Assembly (NCBI GenBank): GCA_963665095.1
Contig: OY762069.1
Span: 5,408,001 to 5,472,000 of the forward strand
Source: an uncultured Desulfobacter sp.
GTDB lineage: Bacteria; Desulfobacterota; Desulfobacteria; Desulfobacterales; Desulfobacteraceae
DNA length: 64,000 nucleotides
Direction of reading: 5' to 3'
The notes under the pieces were generated by a model. That model was not told the origin of the DNA. It worked only from the letters and a program-made list of their open reading frames with translations, and did not search any database. Positions 55,375-64,000 of this stretch are shown one piece after another (position 1 is the stretch's first letter; each line of letters starts with the position of its first letter). A program made the position numbers and the translations under genes.

Positions 55375-56207
55375 CCTAAAAAGGTGCTGGAAAATAGAAT
55401 TAATGTCACGGCCTGCCAGGAGAGAAAGCGAATGTCAATATAGATATAGGAGCCCAGATTTTCTGCCATGCCCGAGGAGAGGGCCAGATATCCTGCCAGA
55501 AGAATTAAGATTCCCACAAGCCCGCCGAAAAAACCCTGCAGAATTCCTTCCATATAAAAGGGGGTTTTGATAAATCCATTGGTGGCACCCACCAGGCGCA
55601 TGATTTCCACCTCGGTCTGTCTGGCATAAAATGCCAGACGTACCGTATTGGCTGTGATAAACAGGGCGATCATCAAAAACAGGCTGCACATGGCATAGCC
55701 GGTCATTTTGAAAAGATTGAACAGTTTGAGAAATTTGCCCAGCCATCCCTGACCATACTCCACAGTATCTACCAGATCCAAAGCTTCGATCCGGGCGGCG
55801 GCTTTCTGAATTTCCTCAAAACTTGAATGGGCCACCATGATGATTTCCAGGGAATGGGGAAGGGGATTGGTCTGGAGGGTTGACAAAAATTGGGTTTTAG
55901 AGCCCATTTCCGTTTTCAGCCGCTCCAGGGCCTGCTCCTTTGACACAAAGGTTATTTTTTCAATCCCTCCCATGGCCACGAGCTGTTCCTTCAGATTCGG
56001 CAGCATGGGAGGGGTAAAGGAACTGTTTAAGTATACCATGGCCCGGCCCCCGTGATTCCAGGAGGCAAGAACCCGGCTGGTATTTTCAAAAAAAAGCAGG
56101 AATACAGACACCAGCAGAATGGACAGGGCTATGGTCATAATGGTGATCAGATTCAGAAACCGGTTAGACCGGATGTCTTTCAGGGCTTTTGTTATAAATC
56201 GCATCAT
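55332..56207 (-). CDS. ftsX: Cell division permease FtsX
   Basis: SKEQAL, NPLP, NTVRL....R..EVEIMRLVGAT..FI..PF..EG. Confidence 0.92.
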   Translation of the reverse strand: MMRFITKALKDIRSNRFLNLITIMTIALSILLVSVFLLFFENTSRVLASWNHGGRAMVYLNSSFTPPMLPNLKEQLVAMGGIEKITFVSKEQALERLKTEMGSKTQFLSTLQTNPLPHSLEIIMVAHSSFEEIQKAAARIEALDLVDTVEYGQGWLGKFLKLFNLFKMTGYAMCSLFLMIALFITANTVRLAFYARQTEVEIMRLVGATNGFIKTPFYMEGILQGFFGGLVGILILLAGYLALSSGMAENLGSYIYIDIRFLSWQAVTLILFSSTFLGWFGCFLSLKQILK

Positions 56208-56225
56208 ATCGTAACAAGTTCTTTC

Positions 56226-56924
56226 CTAATAGAGCATGGTGGAGATGCTTTTAAGTTTCCCGTCCTCCAGGGCAATATTCCGCCCATCCGCTATATTTTT
56301 CAGCAAACTGATGTTATGACTGGCAACCAGAATCGTGGCCCCGTTTTTATGGTACTGGAGAAGCAGATCCAGTACCTTCTGGGCTGATTCGCTGTCCAGG
56401 CTGCCGGTTGGTTCGTCGGCCAGGATAATAGCGGGTTCTCCCACCACGGCACGTGCCACAGCCACGCGCTGCTGTTCGCCCCCTGACAGTGTGGGGGGCA
56501 GGTGATGGGCTTTTTTTTCCATACCCGTCACCCGAAGTACGTGCATCACCTTTTTTTTAATATATGACGGTTTTTCTCCTGCCACCCGCAGTACCAATGC
56601 TACATTTTCAAACACAGTGCGATTGGGAATCAGTTTAAAATCCTGGAACACCATACCGAAACGGCGGCGAAAAAAGGGCAGTCTGGCTGATGAAATTCTA
56701 GCCAGGTTCATGCCGTTAATGAGGATCTGTCCTTCCGACACCCGTTCAGCTAAATAGAGAACTTTTAGCAGGGTCGATTTGCCCGCCCCGGAAGGGCCTG
56801 TCACAATGATGAACTCACCAGGTTCAATATCAAGGGTGATATCATTTAAGGCCAGCTTGCCGCCATAGCGCTTAGTTACATTAAACAACCTGATAATATT
56901 GGCTTTGCCGCCGTCCGCGTTCAT
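56226..56924 (-). CDS. ftsE: Cell division ATP-binding protein FtsE
   Basis: [37 protein letters not shown]. Confidence 0.92.
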   Translation of the reverse strand: MNADGGKANIIRLFNVTKRYGGKLALNDITLDIEPGEFIIVTGPSGAGKSTLLKVLYLAERVSEGQILINGMNLARISSARLPFFRRRFGMVFQDFKLIPNRTVFENVALVLRVAGEKPSYIKKKVMHVLRVTGMEKKAHHLPPTLSGGEQQRVAVARAVVGEPAIILADEPTGSLDSESAQKVLDLLLQYHKNGATILVASHNISLLKNIADGRNIALEDGKLKSISTMLY

Positions 56925-56972
56925 ATTTGGAATTGCCGCCTTGTGGTATTTCAGGATAATTGACTGACACTG

Positions 56973-57001
56973 AATTTACTGATATAAACCGCGTGTGTCA
57001 A
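56973..57001 (-). promoter_or_regulatory. Sigma-70 promoter of the ftsE operon
   Basis: TTGACA-N17-TAAATT on the minus strand, about 50 bp upstream of the ATG. Confidence 0.6.
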
Positions 57002-57031
57002 GGAGTGCTGAAAAACAGTTTTTCTTACACA

Positions 57032-57081
57032 AAGCCTTCACTGAACCCGTAAACCGGCTTCTTCCAAATCAGTGAAGGCTT
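57032..57081. other. Perfect 13-bp inverted repeat with 24-nt spacer
   Basis: AAGCCTTCACTGA (57032-57044) / TCAGTGAAGGCTT (57069-57081). Confidence 0.8.
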
Positions 57082-57254
57082 AAACTTTGCTGCCTGGGCC
57101 TGACTATTTGCAGCGGTTTTCTGATAACCTCCTGGGTTGCTTTTGTTTTTAGCCGGCCGGATGCCGGCAAGGACAACAGGCCCCAAACCGTAATCTTTGA
57201 ACTGGGTTTAGGAAAAGGTTTGGAAAAAGTAGGAGAAGCCACAGGAATTAAGTA

Positions 57255-58058
57255 ATGATTCTTTTTGACTCCCATTGCCATATTGACGATAAAAGTTACG
57301 ATAAAGATCTGAATCAGGTCATGGAACGGGCCCGGGACTTAGGCGTGCTTGCTGTGATGGCCGTAGGCATTGACCGTGAGACCTCCCTTAAGGCCATTGA
57401 TATTGCCCGAAATTTTGATCACGTATACACCTCGGTGGGGGTTCATCCCCATGATGCAGTTCAGTGTTCGGCCCAGGTTTTAAATGAATTGAAACAACTG
57501 GCCCTGGGGAATGAGTGCGTAAAGGCCTGGGGGGAGATCGGCCTTGATTTTAACCGCATGTTTTCCCCGCAAAAAGACCAGGAGGCCTGCTTTTCCGCTC
57601 AGCTGGCCCTGGCGGGAAAATTGGATATGCCCCTGATTTTCCATGAGCGGGATTCCAAGGGCCGGTTTTATGAAATTCTGAAATCAGACGGTCCCAAGTC
57701 AAGAAAAGGGGTGGTTCACTGCTTTTCCGGGACCAGAGAAGAGATGTTTAACTATCTGGATTTAGGCTACTACATCGGCATCACCGGGATTCTGACCATC
57801 CTTCAGCGGGGCGAGTATCTGCGCAGCATTGTTCCTCTGATTCCAAAGGACAGGATTCTTATTGAAACCGACGCCCCTTATCTGACGCCGAAGCCCTGGC
57901 GTAACAAGTTGCGCCGCAACGAGCCCGGTTTTGTCCGGGGCGTGATGGAGCGCCTGGCCCAAGTCCGCAATGAAGACCCGGACCAACTTGCCGCCGCAGT
58001 GTTCAAAAACACCCTGACACTATACAACATCCCGGCAGACCCCGCCTGGCAGATTTAA
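57255..58058 (+). CDS. tatD: TatD-family DNase
   Basis: DSHCH, GVHPH, GEIGLD, HER, HCFSG, ETDAPYL.P. Confidence 0.92.
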   Translation: MILFDSHCHIDDKSYDKDLNQVMERARDLGVLAVMAVGIDRETSLKAIDIARNFDHVYTSVGVHPHDAVQCSAQVLNELKQLALGNECVKAWGEIGLDFNRMFSPQKDQEACFSAQLALAGKLDMPLIFHERDSKGRFYEILKSDGPKSRKGVVHCFSGTREEMFNYLDLGYYIGITGILTILQRGEYLRSIVPLIPKDRILIETDAPYLTPKPWRNKLRRNEPGFVRGVMERLAQVRNEDPDQLAAAVFKNTLTLYNIPADPAWQI

Positions 58059-59248
58059 GCTTTTTCCATAAGTTTTGTGACTGCCTGCTCCAGCCCGTCT
58101 AAGGAAAGTTCAAACATAGGAAAGATCTTTGAGATGGCCAGAATGGTGTGGGTATAGCCCCACATGGTTCTGGATACCGGGTTAAGCCACACCGCGCACC
58201 GAAAGGTGTCGTTCAGAAAATGAAGCTGCTCGATACTTGGCCGGCCGCTGCGGTCTGAAATATGGATAGACCCGTCATGGGCCATGAGTTCATAGGGCGC
58301 CATGCTGGCGTCGCCCACAATAATCAGCCGGGTTTCCGGGTCCAGCCGGGCAAAATCCATTATTTTTTTTGGTTTTTTATACCTGGAAGCGTCTTCCCAC
58401 ACATAATCATAAATAGTGTTGTGAAAAAAGTAAGTTTTCACCTCTTTGAACTGGGCCCTGGCATAATCAAAAAGGGTCTGCACCACCTGTATATAGGGAT
58501 CCATGGACCAGCCCCCGTTGTCAATGGCCAGAATTACCTTGAGCCGGTCCTTCATGGCCCGGTCAAACACCAGTTCAATCTCCCCGCCATTGCGAAGTGT
58601 CTGTCTGATGGTGTCATCCACATTGATCACATCCTTGGGTCCGGCCGGAATCATGTTGCGAAGCCGTTTCAGGGCCTCCCCGATTTTGGCCTGGGTCAAC
58701 GGTCCCTGGGTGGAGTAGTCCTTGTACCGGCGCTCATTGGCCACTTTTACCGCGGACTTATTCCGGGACTCGCCCCCCACCCGCATGCCACCGGGATGAT
58801 ATCCGGAATGACCCACCGGAGAGGTGCCACCGGTGCCGATCCATTTATTCCCGCCATCATGACGGCCATCCTGGTCCTTGAGCCGTTTTTTGAAATATTC
58901 AATCAGCTCATCCGGGGTCATTTTTTTAAGCACTTTTTCGTCAATGCCTAAAGCATCTGCCATGGTTTTGGGGTTTTTCAGCCATTCATCCAGCATGGCC
59001 CGGGCCATCTGGTCGATTTCAAATCCTGAATCCTCGGGCAGGGGCACGCCGTCAAAATGGTGGACAAATACCTGATCATACAGATCAAAGTATCGTTCAC
59101 TTTTCACCAGCACGGCCCTGGCACAGGTATAAAAATCATCCAGACTGATTATCAGTCCCTGGTAAAGCGCCTTTTGCAGGGTCAGAAAAGAGGTGGGAGA
59201 GACCGGTACTCCCACATCCTTTAATGTATAGAAAAAGTTAAGAAACAT
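58055..59248 (-). CDS. VWA-domain protein partnering MoxR (CoxE-related family)
   Basis: GGNKWIGTGGTSP.G..G, DNGGWSMDPY, YFFHN, VGDASMAPYE, WLNP. Confidence 0.85.
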   Translation of the reverse strand: MFLNFFYTLKDVGVPVSPTSFLTLQKALYQGLIISLDDFYTCARAVLVKSERYFDLYDQVFVHHFDGVPLPEDSGFEIDQMARAMLDEWLKNPKTMADALGIDEKVLKKMTPDELIEYFKKRLKDQDGRHDGGNKWIGTGGTSPVGHSGYHPGGMRVGGESRNKSAVKVANERRYKDYSTQGPLTQAKIGEALKRLRNMIPAGPKDVINVDDTIRQTLRNGGEIELVFDRAMKDRLKVILAIDNGGWSMDPYIQVVQTLFDYARAQFKEVKTYFFHNTIYDYVWEDASRYKKPKKIMDFARLDPETRLIIVGDASMAPYELMAHDGSIHISDRSGRPSIEQLHFLNDTFRCAVWLNPVSRTMWGYTHTILAISKIFPMFELSLDGLEQAVTKLMEKA

Positions 59249-59257
59249 GGAAGGTCC

Positions 59258-60121
59258 TTAAAAAAGTTTGCGCCGGGATGTGACATTTTTGGCCCGTTCA
59301 TAATCCGGGCTTTTCTTAAACAGAACCCCCAAAAAGGGCATGGCACCTTTTATCAGATCCTTGGATCTGAAATCAGGATCTGCCTCAAGGGCACGGATCC
59401 AGTTGATCAGTTCCCGGGTAGCAGGCTTTTTTTCAATGCCTTCAATATCCCGGACCGCATAAAACGCATCAATGGCGTTCTCGGCAAGCTTGCTGTCAAT
59501 ACCCGGGAAATGAACGCCGATAATTTTGCGCATCATTTTGGGGTCCGGAAAGGCAATGTGGTGAAAATTACACCGGCCGAGAAAGGGATCGGACAGATCT
59601 TTTTTGGCATTGGAGGTGATGATAATGACAGGGCGGTGAATGGCAGAGACGGTCCGGTCTGTTTCAATAATGTCAAACTGCATCTGGTCCAGCACGTCCA
59701 GCATATCATCCTGGAAATCGGTGTCTGCCTTGTCAATCTCATCAATGAGGAGCACAGCCCGCTGTTCCGAGCAGAAGGCCTGGCCGATTTTGCCCATCTT
59801 TATATATTCGTCAATATTGCTCACATCCCGGGAGGAGTCTCCGAACCTGGAGTCATTGAGCCGGGTAAGGGTGTCATACTGATACAGGGCCTCCACAAGT
59901 TTCATGCTGGATTTGACATTCAGGATGATCAGGGGCATATCCAGGTTGTCGGCAATGGCATGGGCCAGCATGGTTTTGCCTGTGCCTGGCTCACCTTTCA
60001 GCAGCAAAGGCATCTCAAGGGTCATGGATATATTGACAATGGATGCAAGCTCCGGATCAAGTACATATTTCTGCGCCCCCTGGAACCGGGCGTTATGGCT
60101 GTCTGTCATTGGATTCTCCAT
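59258..60121 (-). CDS. MoxR-family AAA+ ATPase
   Basis: KGEPGTGKT, YD...RL.DS, LLIDEIDKAD, ITSN, KKP.T.EL..W. Confidence 0.9.
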   Translation of the reverse strand: MENPMTDSHNARFQGAQKYVLDPELASIVNISMTLEMPLLLKGEPGTGKTMLAHAIADNLDMPLIILNVKSSMKLVEALYQYDTLTRLNDSRFGDSSRDVSNIDEYIKMGKIGQAFCSEQRAVLLIDEIDKADTDFQDDMLDVLDQMQFDIIETDRTVSAIHRPVIIITSNAKKDLSDPFLGRCNFHHIAFPDPKMMRKIIGVHFPGIDSKLAENAIDAFYAVRDIEGIEKKPATRELINWIRALEADPDFRSKDLIKGAMPFLGVLFKKSPDYERAKNVTSRRKLF

Positions 60122-60413
60122 GTTGTCGGTTTTATAGAAATTAAGATAAAGTCAAGCTTTTTGGTTAGCAGGCCCGGATTTCATAGTCAATGTTAATTTT
60201 TATTTTTGTCCCGATTTAATGGTTCGGGTGCAATAGTATCGGGGTTTATTGAACCTGTACGAACTCGGGTATTCTGGGTATTAATTACAAAATTGAAAGA
60301 TTCGGTTTGTAGGATGCTGCTGCTTAATGATTGACTTCAAACAGGTTAAGTGTTAATGACCTGAATTAACGATTTTTTATGCTAATACCCTGAAAAAATG
60401 AGGAGCTTAAATC

Positions 60414-60602
60414 ATGATTGGTGGAATAGGAATGCCGGAGTTGATAATCATTCTGGTTATTATCCTGATTATATTTGGTGCTGGTAAACTTCCGGAAATA
60501 GGTGCTGGACTTGGAAAGGGAATCAAGAATTTCAAAAAAGCCACAAGAGAACCCATTGATGATGACAAGGAGCGCGAGCCTGAAAAATTAGACAAAAATT
60601 AA
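60414..60602 (+). CDS. tatA: Sec-independent translocase TatA
   Basis: [46 protein letters not shown]. Confidence 0.95.
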   Translation: MIGGIGMPELIIILVIILIIFGAGKLPEIGAGLGKGIKNFKKATREPIDDDKEREPEKLDKN

Positions 60603-60636
60603 ATTTGTGCTGGTTCGCCACGGTTTCTGAATTTCG

Positions 60637-60672
60637 ACAGCCAGGCATACCGCATGTCTGGCTGTTTTCTTT
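60637..60672 (+). terminator. Intrinsic terminator after tatA
   Basis: ACAGCCAGGCAT-ACCGC-ATGTCTGGCTGT followed by TTTCTTT. Confidence 0.75.
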
Positions 60673-60850
60673 CGATTTCCGGCATATCATGTATCCACTC
60701 GCCCTAATATTTTTCCGGTTGACACATAGTTACAAAAAAGTACTAACCATCTCCTTGGTTCAGACATTATTGTAATTAATTTCATCCTTTTTCTATGGTG
60801 TGTTGAATCTGAGCACTCCTTGTTTTTATAACTCATTGAAAATAAAAGGC

Positions 60851-60866
60851 TGGCACATCCATTGCA
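60851..60866 (+). promoter_or_regulatory. Sigma-54 (-24/-12) promoter of glnD-glnB
   Basis: TGGCAC-ATCCA-TTGCA is an exact consensus match, preceded by an AT-rich tract. Confidence 0.8.
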
Positions 60867-60969
60867 ATTATAGCGAAAAGCTTTTTAGAATATGACCAGG
60901 CGGCTTAAGATACTATACCCGGAATAGGATGACCTTAAAAAAATTAAAAAAAGAGTACATTCAAACAGT

Positions 60970-63928
<2,959 letters not shown>

Positions 63929-64000
63929 CTTAGAGTTTGAACGAAAACGCTGCGCCTGGGTAGCTTTTCCCAAATCCGGTTTTGATTCTGACTCTAACTT

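Noticed and set aside
57069..57281. 70-aa minus-strand ORF in the ftsE/tatD gap
   Set aside because: Overlaps the tatD start, has no clear RBS and shows no family features

Overview
A 64 kb gene-dense chromosomal window. Its content (periplasmic selenocysteine formate dehydrogenase, DUF3786, ftsEX-envC-ctpA-yibQ, sigma-54-preceded glnD-glnB) suggests a sulfate-reducing deltaproteobacterium, probably Desulfobacteraceae-like; this is an inference. I found no rRNA, tRNA, CRISPR array, transposase or integrase. From left to right: (1) the start of an AT-rich nucleotide-heptose/surface-glycan operon that runs off the left edge; (2) a tightly coupled operon of a phosphatidylserine-decarboxylase-like protein, an Lgt-like protein and a small membrane protein; (3) MoxR/CoxE-VWA, acyl-CoA dehydrogenase, ModE, Nudix, HD-GYP, metF, an orphan family-5 binding protein, lpxL and an fdhD lacking its usual loop Cys; (4) alpha-2-macroglobulin, DUF59 and pbpC; (5) a TetR operon with a sphingosine-1-phosphate-lyase-like enzyme, a deleted MFS pseudogene and an SDR; (6) an Ada/Ogt-like gene; (7) a binding protein / histidine kinase / REC-STAS / MalT-like-BTAD signalling cassette; (8) fdhA (UGA=Sec with SECIS), fdhB and fdhE followed by two exported thioredoxin-fold proteins; (9) a duplicated FN3/beta-propeller lipoprotein and an NMT1/THI5 ABC importer; (10) cell-division genes, tatD, a second MoxR-VWA pair, tatA and glnD-glnB. 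The best candidates for undescribed biology are the PSD/Lgt-like lipid operon, the FDH disulfide switch with neighbouring periplasmic thiol-redox proteins, the four-gene signalling cassette and the sphingolipid-lyase-like operon. All family assignments come from motif recognition by eye; no searches were run.
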